DNA of 63,083 nucleotides, counting the filler, from Stramenopiles sp. TOSAG23-3 (lineage: Eukaryota), in assembly GCA_900128585.1 (NCBI GenBank). It is 7 parts of 7 records of this genome, joined end to end, with 100 filler letters (N's around TTAATTAATTAA, not from the genome) between each part and the next. Parts side by side here need not be neighbours in the genome. Positions count along the whole stretch, not along the records: positions 43,059 to 57,282 come from LT642580.1; positions 57,383 to 59,216 come from LT645340.1; positions 59,317 to 61,150 come from LT645341.1; positions 61,251 to 63,083 come from LT645342.1; 3 more parts are not named here. One strand, given 5' to 3'. Each line of letters opens with the position of its first letter. Position 1 is the first letter of the stretch. A program made the translations under genes and the position numbers. The notes beneath the pieces were generated by a model, which had not been told where the DNA came from, ran no database searches, and was given only the letters and a program-made list of their open reading frames with translations. Shown here in pieces: positions 53,462 through 63,083 of this stretch.

Positions 53462-56041
53462 ATGCCTGGTTGTCAAGTGTCCGTAACGAAAGCTCCGCGC
53501 TCAGCGTTGCAAAACTTATCGCATGAGGAGTTAGCGAAAAGAAGAAAAAAAGGGGATGCATCTTTGGCGGGCCAGCTTAGAAAAGGATCGATCGTGTCCG
53601 TCAACCCTCCCCCATTCCCTAAAGACCCATTCAAAAACGTTATAACGTTACCGGGGCCCCGAAAACATAGGAAGCCTAAAGTAGAAAGGTTTTTGGATGG
53701 GAAGTCATCAATATACAGTGTCGCCTACGCAATTGACGAAAGGCACAAAATCCAAGCCAACCACAAAGCACGCGTTGCGGCAGCAAAGCAATGGTCTTAC
53801 GGGGATAAATTAGAGTTTGTAAAACAGGAAAATAAACGTTTTAGAGAGCAACCCTCTCTGCCTAAGGCAGTCAACATTAAATTAAGAATTACAAGGGTGG
53901 GAGCAATCCAACTGACAAAATATGGCTACCAAGCGTTCCGGTTTGAGACGATTCCAGAGTGTATTTGCTTTTACAAATCGCACGGCTCTGGGTCTGAAAA
54001 TACCTATCAAGACAATAATGAGAATGCTCAGAACAATAAGGGAATGGGCTTGCATGATGAAGTGCTAAGGAGTTGTGTCCGTACTCACTTTGTGTGTTTT
54101 TACCACTCTGGAACACTTTACACATTTAATGCAAAATGCTTGGATGGCTTTGAGGCGTTCGAGCTGATGGTGCGTGCAAAATACCCATATCTACAGCGGG
54201 GTCCAAAGCCGAAAAAGCCAGTGAAGAAAGGGCAATTGAAGAAGCGTGTTTACAAAAAGCCCGAAGCGCTGCGGGCCTCCAAAGAACCAACGGATTTCAA
54301 CAAAAAGCAAACGCATGTAAAAATAAAAGCTGGTCCCTCGTTTCACAACACCAGCTATCTCCAAGACTCCTTAGTGCCAAGAAAACAGAAGAAGGCAAAG
54401 TTGTCTTTGACAGAAGCCCGATTAAAGCAACGTGAAAAAAACAATAGAAAACGACTGCAAGACAAACCATCTGAAATGTCAAACTCTGCCCCGGGGCAAG
54501 ATGATAGTAGGGATGAAAAGCATATATTCCCCACCGTTAAAACCGTTAAAAATACTCTAGAGTCTGAGCATCTCAACACGAGCATACGCAAGCCCGCCAT
54601 CCGAAGCACGGCGCAGTTGGACTATGACGACTATGTTACGGAAGATTTATCTTACAATTCAGCAGATGAAGACTCCGTGGATATGAGCGATTTAGCGCAT
54701 TTAAAAGGCAGAACAGTGTGCGATTTTGATGAAGTAAATCACGGGCCCGTTCGTCGTACTGGGAGACGGAAGCTCCCACCAAGGCCTGCAACTGCACATA
54801 TTATGCCAAGGACGCCCAAAAGAAATGACAAGGAACAAGGCAATACAAGAGCTGGTAGAAATCTAACAGCACTACCCCATAAACATAGGCAACGTCCATC
54901 TTCCTCGATAGTTACCCAAAAGGCTTTGGAAAGAAACACGTTCATGGGGCGGCAAAGACCTGCCTCTCAAGGCCATCACTTGGCACCGTTTGACAAACAT
55001 AAGATTCCTCCCCGCCCATATTCAGCAGCGATTTCACACGCGAGCGCCTTTTCGGATGCTTCTGATGATAATCCAAGCATTTTTAGACCCAACAGTGGAA
55101 TAGATTGGTCAAGACCAAACAGTGGGAAGTTTTCGGTTGCAACTTCCTCTCGTCCAAGTACTGCATCATCAGAAGTCAGAAATCAAAGTGCCTCGCGGTC
55201 CAGGCCCAGTAGTGCGGCTACTTGGTCTAGACCAAATAGTGGAAAACTTTCTCTCGCAACGTCATCTCGTCCCAGCACTGCATCATCTTCAATCGATGAA
55301 ATGGACGGAAACAATGGGAAACTCTCTATAATGACGTCATCTCGTCCCAGCACTGCAACGTCTTTGCTCACAGAGAGAGAGATCGCCATCCTTGAAAGTA
55401 AACAATTACGGCCTAGTAGTGCATCAAGTTGGTCCTGCACAAACAGTGGGAATTTTTTGCAACACTTGCGTGTTCGGCCAAGCACTGATGGATCCTCTAA
55501 CTCCCCAGATCGTTCAAAATTACGGCCGGGGATAATATCACGCCCGGTTCGTGCCTCGCTCTCGGACTCTTTGTCCAGGCCATCGTCGGCCATATCATCG
55601 TCCAACTTTATTAACGATGGGAAAGGCAGTACTGTAAAGATTGACTTTAAATTCAACGAAATCATTTGGCAGAGAAAATCTATTATGGTAAAAGACGATG
55701 TGTGCGATGATGAAGACAATCTGCCAACAAAAGTTAAAGTAGATCTTCTTCTTGTACATAAAATGAAGTCACAGCCGGCACAAAAATTACCTGTTGTTTT
55801 AGCACCGCACAGACGGTGGAAAGATAAAAAAAAGAAGACTTTAATCCATGTCTATGAAACAAAGCAGTGGGCGAGAGAGAAGGAGGAAGCTATGACAGAC
55901 AATATTATGGCAGAAATTAAAGCTGAAGAGCAAGCGCAAGATCGACAGCGCCCACGGCAAGAAGCTGAAATCCACACTGGAAGTCGACGGATGAAATGGG
56001 TTCATAGAATGAAGAAGCGTTTTTTTCGACGACGAAGCTAA
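53462..56041 (+). CDS. Basic low-complexity protein with many RP[S/N/A][S/T]A-type repeats
   Basis: 859-aa ORF; WSRPNSGK...TSSRPSTAS repeated at DNA level in 55105-55360. Confidence 0.75.
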   Translation: MPGCQVSVTKAPRSALQNLSHEELAKRRKKGDASLAGQLRKGSIVSVNPPPFPKDPFKNVITLPGPRKHRKPKVERFLDGKSSIYSVAYAIDERHKIQANHKARVAAAKQWSYGDKLEFVKQENKRFREQPSLPKAVNIKLRITRVGAIQLTKYGYQAFRFETIPECICFYKSHGSGSENTYQDNNENAQNNKGMGLHDEVLRSCVRTHFVCFYHSGTLYTFNAKCLDGFEAFELMVRAKYPYLQRGPKPKKPVKKGQLKKRVYKKPEALRASKEPTDFNKKQTHVKIKAGPSFHNTSYLQDSLVPRKQKKAKLSLTEARLKQREKNNRKRLQDKPSEMSNSAPGQDDSRDEKHIFPTVKTVKNTLESEHLNTSIRKPAIRSTAQLDYDDYVTEDLSYNSADEDSVDMSDLAHLKGRTVCDFDEVNHGPVRRTGRRKLPPRPATAHIMPRTPKRNDKEQGNTRAGRNLTALPHKHRQRPSSSIVTQKALERNTFMGRQRPASQGHHLAPFDKHKIPPRPYSAAISHASAFSDASDDNPSIFRPNSGIDWSRPNSGKFSVATSSRPSTASSEVRNQSASRSRPSSAATWSRPNSGKLSLATSSRPSTASSSIDEMDGNNGKLSIMTSSRPSTATSLLTEREIAILESKQLRPSSASSWSCTNSGNFLQHLRVRPSTDGSSNSPDRSKLRPGIISRPVRASLSDSLSRPSSAISSSNFINDGKGSTVKIDFKFNEIIWQRKSIMVKDDVCDDEDNLPTKVKVDLLLVHKMKSQPAQKLPVVLAPHRRWKDKKKKTLIHVYETKQWAREKEEAMTDNIMAEIKAEEQAQDRQRPRQEAEIHTGSRRMKWVHRMKKRFFRRRS

Positions 56042-56114
56042 AACAGGCTCTCTCTCCCTGTTAAAACAATTTAAATAAACAATTAAGAAAAGGTATTATA
56101 AATTATTTTGACAA

Positions 56115-56360
56115 ATCCTGGCGGCGTCGGCCCCAATCGGGTACTACGCAAACTCGGGGTGGTCATCGCACAGCGTAAACAAATATACTTGGATCGATAT
56201 CGTAAACAAGGTGTACCAAGAGGCAGAGGAAGGCTGCTTTGAGACACTCAAGGAAGCAGTGGCCAAGATCCAAGACACTGGGGCGACGGTAGAGGGACGG
56301 GCAAAGTTGGCCAGCATCTTTCATCTTTGCAAACCGTTAGACGCGGCTCGCCCGTTATAG
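56115..56360 (+). pseudogene. Internal fragment of a serine peptidase S28 (Pro-X carboxypeptidase-like) gene with no start codon
   Basis: Manual translation ILAASAPIGYY...WIDIVNKVY...GCFETLKEAVAKI...GRAKLASIFHLCKPL matches the S28 pattern (LAASAP, FxLCxPL). Confidence 0.75.
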
Positions 56361-56374
56361 TCCTCCTCTGCGGA

Positions 56375-57010
56375 CTAGTAGCCGGTGAGAGTCGCGTGCT
56401 TAAGCTCCACCTCTTTGCTCAAGTCGAAGCGTTTGCTGAAGGCGGCCACGTCGCGGTACTTATCCCAGGCCGAAACGACCAGATCGGAGCCATACTGCTT
56501 CGCGTACGTGCATACCATCGTGCGAATCGACTCGCCGACAGCACCTTTGTAGGGAAACTTCTTGGGATTGTTGACCCAGGCTAGGGTGTCCTCGACGGCC
56601 GTCGCGCGGTTGCCCTTGGGACTGAATTCGAAAAGGAGTGTGCTATCCACCGCCATCGACAAGTCGGTAAGGCTGTTTTTTAAGCGCACAATTGGCTCCA
56701 GGAAAGCAGGGTCATGCGTTCGTGCGAGAGTCAAGCACAGCAACAGAACCCATGAGCACTTGAGCCGAATCGCCGAGGGGTCTTTCAAGATGAGAAGAAT
56801 GATGGCGTGCGCGAGGTCGACGTGCCCAGCATGCTTGGTGAAGCACAGCTGCTTGACCACCACGTGGCGGTCATAGGTGCTCACGGCATCAGAGGCCCAG
56901 TAATCCGCTGCAGGCATAGCTTTCCCCATTTTCCGCATGTGAACAAGGGCCTCCATGATGGGTGCTGTTCTCGTCGCAAGGGCAGAACGCGGGCGAGACG
57001 ATGCGCGCAA
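56375..57010 (-). CDS. Hypothetical protein or gene fragment, GC-rich
   Basis: 211-aa ORF with coding-like composition and no recognised motif. Confidence 0.4.
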   Translation of the reverse strand: MRASSRPRSALATRTAPIMEALVHMRKMGKAMPAADYWASDAVSTYDRHVVVKQLCFTKHAGHVDLAHAIILLILKDPSAIRLKCSWVLLLCLTLARTHDPAFLEPIVRLKNSLTDLSMAVDSTLLFEFSPKGNRATAVEDTLAWVNNPKKFPYKGAVGESIRTMVCTYAKQYGSDLVVSAWDKYRDVAAFSKRFDLSKEVELKHATLTGY

Positions 57011-57217
57011 GGAGGGTAAGGGCGTGCGTTGTTGATTTTCTTCTACTACGTCGTATTACTATTCTTCTTCATCATCATTCACAACATACAACAAACAACA
57101 ACAAAAAACAATAATAATAATAATATTTAAAGATTGCGAAAGAGGAGAGAGGTGTGTAGAACTATTATTCCAAAAAAAGACAATAATAATTTAAACTTTA
57201 AGAAGAACAGAACATTG

Positions 57218-57273
57218 TGAAATTGGTGCACCGCGAGATACATGACATAGCAGGGAAAAAATAGAAAATCGGA
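57218..57273 (+). repeat. Second copy of dispersed 56-bp repeat, at contig end
   Basis: Matches 20204-20259. Confidence 0.85.
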
Positions 57274-57282
57274 CTTGGTAAT

Positions 57283-57382
57283 NNNNNNNNNNNNNNNNNN
57301 NNNNNNNNNNNNNNNNNNNNNNNNNNTTAATTAATTAANNNNNNNNNNNNNNNNNNNNNNNNNNNNNNNNNNNNNNNNNNNN
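57283..57382. other. Artificial contig linker
   Basis: N44-TTAATTAATTAA-N44. Confidence 0.98.
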
Positions 57383-57384
57383 AT

Positions 57385-59216
57385 TCAACGAGGGCAATCG
57401 CCTTTATCGTATTGACAAGATTTTGTATTGCATCCCGAGTCCAACTTTGGTTTAATGCCGGGTTTTAAACGGCTGGAATAGTAAAAATTGTAATCATTAT
57501 CATCGCAGGCGGAATCACCAAGAAAATAAGAGGGGCAGTCTATTGAGCACTGTCGTTCACAAAGCCCTTTCGACATTTTCAAATTATTGGGCAAGACCAG
57601 TTCTTTGCACAGTGGGTTGCCTTCAAGGTAAAAGTACTCCATGTTGTTCCACTGGTTTACCGATTCAGGCAAATTGGTCAAATTGTTATGCCGCATGTCT
57701 ACCCTTTTTAGCAGTGCTAAATTGCCTATTGATTGTGGTAAAAACCGTAATGTATTGTTCGAAATGTATAGATCCTCCAATAGCAGCAATTTTTCTATGC
57801 CACTTGGTAAAGCAACAAGGTAATTCTGGGAGACCTGAAAATAAATTACACTGTGCAAGTTTGCGATGGTCTTTGGCAACGCGTTTAGACGATTGTCATT
57901 AGCTATTAAGTGAGTTAAACTTTTCAAATCCCCAACACTATCTGGAAGCGCTACCAAATTATTGTTGAAGACAAGTAATTTCAGCAATTTGTTAAGCTCT
58001 CCTAAGTCGTCTGGCAATGTGCCCAGCCTATTTCCAAACACTCCCAGCCATACCAATCGTTTGTGGCTCTTTCCAAATGACGGGGTCAATTTTTTTAATT
58101 CGCCAGTGTATATTCCCAACTTATACAGCGCTGATAATTTTCCAAATGATTCTGGCAATGTTGCTTGGGAGTAATTTGTCATTTCTAACACAGCACAATC
58201 GCACTGTCCAACGATCGGGTTGTTACAAAATGGAACTGGTACTTGACACCCGTTCCATACCTCTTGTGTAAACAGACTATTGCATTCTTCGGTTGTTGGC
58301 TGTGAGGCTAGTTGAATACACACAATGGCGACAAAAGTCAAACAAAAACCAACGTTGAGCGCGATGATGCTGTAGCGAAGCCATTTTGGAAAATTTAGTA
58401 ACTGTGCCCGAAAGGCCGCCTTGTTCTGCGCCAAACCAAGGACGCTGTTGCGCTTCCGCGAGCGCCTTGCTTCGTTTCTTTCTCCGGCAAGCCTCTGCAA
58501 ATCAATCTTAAAGTAATCTTCCCAAACATCGTGCAATTTCGAGAGCAACGACAGGGTGGGGAAGAGCAGTATAAAAATTAAATCTGAAAGTTCCAGCGGA
58601 AGTCCAAGTACAAATCGCACATACACAAGTGGGAATGCAATGCAAAACTTGTCTGTTACTATGTCTAACAACAGCAGTTTGTTCCGTACGTCCTGTGAAC
58701 CTATGGACAAGGTGTACCGAACATTGATCAACAACTCAAGAACCAGAACGGTACAGAAAAATGACGTCAGTACCACCGGAATCAAACACAGGTAAATCTT
58801 GATCAACGCATACAATTGCTGTGCGTGCTCGTACGCTTCTGTGAAATACATTTTAGACATATAATACTTTCCATTGACGTCAAAAACTTCATTGTAACGA
58901 GCGAACATGGACTTTAAAGCAATAGCAAATTTCGTCTGGACACAATCGTTCTCTTTTTTGCTTTCCTCTACTTTGCTGCCTCTTGGGCAAATTGCTATGA
59001 ACGTGCGCACGGCAAAGGAAGCAACTATCAGTTCTGGGAGAACACCAAGCATAAAGAGAACCCATAGCCCGTCTCGTTTGAATCCATGACTGTAAGAATG
59101 AAAAATAAATAAATTGACACCGCCCACAATCAGCATGATCAAAGATATCAACAGGCTTTCGCAGCCCCATATGATCCGGCATTTCTGGCACCGAGAAAGT
59201 TGTGAAGTTTCCCCTT
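57385..59216 (-). CDS. Multi-pass membrane protein with canonical LRRs and C-terminal LNR/Notch-like Cys motif; 5'-partial
   Basis: About 7 hydrophobic segments; LxxLxxxNNxLxxLPxxIG repeats; CSIDCPSYFLGDSACD...CNTKSCQYDKGDC; frame open to the contig edge. Confidence 0.92.
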
Positions 59217-59316
59217 NNNNNNNNNNNNNNNNNNNNNNNNNNNNNNNNNNNNNNNNNNNNTTAATTAATTAANNNNNNNNNNNNNNNNNNNNNNNNNNNN
59301 NNNNNNNNNNNNNNNN
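59217..59316. other. Artificial contig linker
   Basis: N44-TTAATTAATTAA-N44. Confidence 0.98.
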
Positions 59317-59381
59317 TTTTTCTTATATTTCCGTAAATTTTCAAACCATACGCACAAAGGGTGCGCCCCGCCGTCGGAATG

Positions 59382-60710
59382 CTAAATATCATTGACGTTT
59401 GGGTTAATGTCTGCAATGGCAACTGCCGCTGGGTTTGACGAGCCGATATGCTCGGGCGAATCCTCTTCGTCACGTGGCGCTTTTTCAGGGCTATCAAACT
59501 CGGGCACAAACGCCTTGAGGCGGTTCAAATTGTCTTCCCTGTTCTTCACACTAGACCTCGTCCGATTTGTACTGTTGTTGCTGCTCTGTACACTACTACT
59601 ACGAGTGGACGTAAACGTGGTTCTAATGACTCGATTTGCGACCTGTATGTTTCCCGCGGCACTTCCTTCCCCGCCTTTATATTTTACAGAGTACTGCGAG
59701 GCTACCCGCCTCGCTTCATTCCGATTCGTCAATGTTCGAATCAGCACTAAAACCATTAAGATTTCCAAGACCTTCTCCGGCAGCTTCATGTACTCAAACT
59801 GAACATTGTCACAATATTTCAAGGCAGCGTTAAGGGTTCGCATGAAAAATGCAACGGCATGGCAGAGCCAAAACACGCACATGATTATTACTTCAGCGAC
59901 AATAAACGTTCGGAGTCTGGCAAATGTCCTCTGCAACGGGGTCAAAAGGGCCCTGTTCGATCCCGACTGGCGATTCGCAATTGCTGTTTTCAACCGGTCC
60001 AGCATTTGGACACCATATGGTAAAGCGAAAACAAATATAAAGGCGTACACCGAAATTGCAAACAGCCGGAGCACTTTGGCACCGGTGTCCACGAAATCGT
60101 TTCGGTTGTCGACCGCGTCGATCGAGCGCAGGATGTATTCCATGAACCGGGTAACGGCCAGCACACATATCACTGAACGGGCCCGGTACTGGGAATACCT
60201 AGCGGTTTCTCGTCTATTCTGGGGCAACAAACTTTGTTGCACTGCTATCCACGACTGGAAAAGGAGTAAAAATGCCGCAGTAAAGCACACGTCCCTAACG
60301 AACAAGAAAAATTCTTTCAGAAAACTGTTCACGTAAACAGTTTGGTCGTTCTTGTCAATTTCGCAGCAGTCAATGTTTGGGTTGTACGTGACGTCAATAA
60401 AGTACTCGCACATTTTGACCACAAAGTACGCCGCTCTAAAGACAGAACCGAACAGTATGAAAAGGGTGATAGAGGTCCCCGTATGCCTCACGTATTTCTC
60501 TACGCTTTGCCAAGACCTCCATACTATTTTATGGTCCACTCCCCCCCGCCATACATTGTACACACAATATAGACAAATAAGAAAATGAATTACGCACCCA
60601 GCCGTTTGAATGACGAAAGAGGCCTCTTCGTACGCTCTATTATCGTTGAAAGTCTGGCACGTGAAGTCGTCGCACGTGCCATTCCGAGAAATAGGACAAA
60701 CAGGTGCCAT
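59382..60710 (-). CDS. Seven-transmembrane (GPCR-like) protein
   Basis: Seven hydrophobic segments, Cys/N-glycosylation-site N-terminus, Ser/Thr-rich C-tail. Confidence 0.72.
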   Translation of the reverse strand: MAPVCPISRNGTCDDFTCQTFNDNRAYEEASFVIQTAGCVIHFLICLYCVYNVWRGGVDHKIVWRSWQSVEKYVRHTGTSITLFILFGSVFRAAYFVVKMCEYFIDVTYNPNIDCCEIDKNDQTVYVNSFLKEFFLFVRDVCFTAAFLLLFQSWIAVQQSLLPQNRRETARYSQYRARSVICVLAVTRFMEYILRSIDAVDNRNDFVDTGAKVLRLFAISVYAFIFVFALPYGVQMLDRLKTAIANRQSGSNRALLTPLQRTFARLRTFIVAEVIIMCVFWLCHAVAFFMRTLNAALKYCDNVQFEYMKLPEKVLEILMVLVLIRTLTNRNEARRVASQYSVKYKGGEGSAAGNIQVANRVIRTTFTSTRSSSVQSSNNSTNRTRSSVKNREDNLNRLKAFVPEFDSPEKAPRDEEDSPEHIGSSNPAAVAIADINPNVNDI

Positions 60711-61150
60711 CTCAGACAGACCACCGCACCAACAACCCTTCCGTAGTCTTCTCCAATTAAACGATGCTGGTCCAACCTTACGAACCGTTTCTTTATTGGT
60801 TTGGTTGTGTTGAAACCAAACGCTTTATGGTTTTAATTCATGTACCTATACTTTCTAATATTTGAATGTACAAATAAAAATACAAAAAATAGATTTTTTT
60901 CATTCTTCTTCTTCTTTTTTTTTTTATTATAATAAATAAATAAATAATATCTGCCCTCCTCTCCCTCTTCTTCCTCTCGTCGTAGCCTACCTACCTCCTA
61001 CCTCCTCCTTCGTAATTATTAATGAACCTTCGTATCTATTTATAAACGGTGCTCTGATAATGTAAACACACAAAATACATTGAATACTATACAAGAGAAA
61101 TAGAATTATAATACAATGAGTAGAAGAGCATAAAAATATAAATATCCTTT

Positions 61151-61250
61151 NNNNNNNNNNNNNNNNNNNNNNNNNNNNNNNNNNNNNNNNNNNNTTAATT
61201 AATTAANNNNNNNNNNNNNNNNNNNNNNNNNNNNNNNNNNNNNNNNNNNN
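61151..61250. other. Artificial contig linker
   Basis: N44-TTAATTAATTAA-N44. Confidence 0.98.
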
Positions 61251-63083
61251 GGGGGCAACACAGGTGGTACAGTTTTTCGGTAGTAGACATGGCGGGGGAA
61301 ATTGATTCTCGCCTTGTCTCCATTGATAGATGAGGGATCGATCTCCTCAAAACTGGGCATATTGCCCGCAGGCTTATGTCTCCTGGTCGGGGTTCTGCAT
61401 ATTTGTTTAAGCCTCGTGGATAAAGACATTCAAATAGCGCTGCGGCGAAGGCTCCCGGCAGAACGTCGCTTAGTAGCGAAAAGCCCATTCCTCCCTTTCG
61501 TCGAGGGAAAGTGAATCTTATCTTGTCCTCCCTTTGCAGCATGTCCGCTTTGTATCTACCAGTGACTTGTAGAGCTTGCTCCCAGAACCATGAGTCGATG
61601 TATTCGACTATTGTTTGTTGGGGGTCTGGGACGTGTAGCCGAGCGTATGTGTTTGGGCTGCGTTTTTTTAGGTATTCGATGATGGGGCGGACGGGCCCTT
61701 TGAAGTTCGATGGCCTTATCCCTCTGCAGAAGTGATGAAATCTCGTCCGTAGACAGAAGTTCAGTATCTGGAAACGAGCGTGGTTGGACTTGATGTCCTC
61801 CTGTGCTTTCTCCCACGTTTTGATTGTTCTGTTCAACTGTTGGAGCATTAAGGTCTGAGTGAGCCGGCTGTCGTTTTCTTTTTCGATTGGAATCCCTAGT
61901 AGCTCCACTCCGTCTATTCCCTCCACTTGCGACGAGAACTTGAGGTGATGTTCGGGCGGTACTAGTAGCGAGTAGGCTTTTCCGGTTTGGTCGTTTTCGC
62001 TCAGATTGTGAGTGGGGTAGGCTTGTTCTTGTCTGTTTTCGCGCTCCGCCTGCAGAGTGAAGTCGTATTCGCTTCTTTCAGGTAGTTTCCTCAGGCTCGC
62101 GAAGGCGTCCATTAATTGATAGTCCAATTCCTCCGCCGATAGGCCCATGCTAAACGCTTTGTTTTTGGAGGGCTTGAACACCGAACTGTTGTATAGCAAA
62201 TTCAGGTAGGCGTACCTGCAGTATATTAGAACTGCTATGACTGGGGGTGCGACTACCACCAAGTCGTCGGCGTAGGCGATTAGGAGCCAGTCGGTGGCTT
62301 CCTTGCCTTTCCTGGTGTGGGGTCCGTGGTCCCTGCGCCACTTACGCGCTAGGTGGTTCATGAATTCGATTGTAAGGCGTAGGACTTTTTTCTGACCACA
62401 CGAATACATTGTCATGCCGATTGGGTCTCCCTGCTGTGTGCCTTGTCGTGACTTGATCCATCTGATGTTGGACGTTTTGGAGGTGGCCCTGTCAAGGACT
62501 GGGACTCCGTCTCCGGCCTGCGCGATGATGATGTCCGCATCATTTCCATAGGTTAAGTGGAGGTATTTGATGTACCCTGGTACTGATTCCCCCATTTGGG
62601 ATATGGCCGACTTCCTACTTAGGGTGTTGAATGCGTTCTTGGCGTCCGGGAATAGTCCCACGAAGTGAGGGTGTCTTTCCAGTGTGTTTCTGACCGCAAA
62701 GACGACCTTGGTTGTACCGTTTGACTGTAGCGCTGTTTGCGAGGGTCCGAGTGCTTTTATGGCTTCCGCTTTCAGCCATTGTGATACGAATCGTCCCGCG
62801 ATGCGTCGGAGGGTTTCTCCGATTGCGATGGGTCGTTGACCGCTGGGCTTCTTTTTTATCATTATGAGCTTTGCGCTCCTTATGACTGCGTTAACGTTCG
62901 TGTCCGTTCCCCTGGGGACCTGGGCCGTTGCGATTTTGTATATGATCCTCACCAATCCGTGTAGGGCCGGGTGTTGGTGCAGCTCTGCTATGTGGCGCTT
63001 CGGGGTGCCGTTCCAGTCCTGTTCTGAGATTCGCCTTGCTAAAGGTTGCAGGTCCGCGTTTCGAAGTCCCGTCAGTGCGCCTG
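61251..63083 (-). mobile_element. Non-LTR retrotransposon reverse transcriptase region, CRE/SLACS-like; partial at both ends
   Basis: RPIAIGETLRR, DAKNAFN, GTQQGDPIG, AYADD, LLGIPI, FPRRKGGMG; frame open across the entire contig. Confidence 0.92.

Overview
This is not one continuous locus. It is seven assembly contigs (about 14269, 14249, 14240, 14224, 1834, 1834 and 1833 bp) joined by artificial 100-nt linkers (N44-TTAATTAATTAA-N44), so adjacency across linkers means nothing. Six contigs look like nuclear DNA of an intron-poor microbial eukaryote, with long single-ORF genes and very AT-rich spacers. A flagellated stramenopile-like protist is my inference. Genes include a kinesin, MATE transporter, PGK, PDI-like protein, oligopeptidase A, NDUFS4, myotubularin, METTL2/6-like methyltransferase, a TM-LRR receptor-like gene, a 7TM protein and a CRE-like non-LTR retrotransposon. 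Contig 3 (28719-42958) is different: a gene-dense large-DNA-virus fragment with a herpesvirus-type terminase nuclease domain, glutaredoxin, M16 peptidase, PLD nuclease and ankyrin genes, best explained as a mirusvirus. Inside it, two oppositely oriented arrays of the same 22-bp motif bracket a ~4.9-kb two-gene cassette. One cassette gene is a clear homolog of the TM-LRR gene on contig 5. The viral contig also has a TATA motif 26-28 nt before several start codons and two frameshifted genes. All family assignments come from motif recognition by eye; no searches were run.
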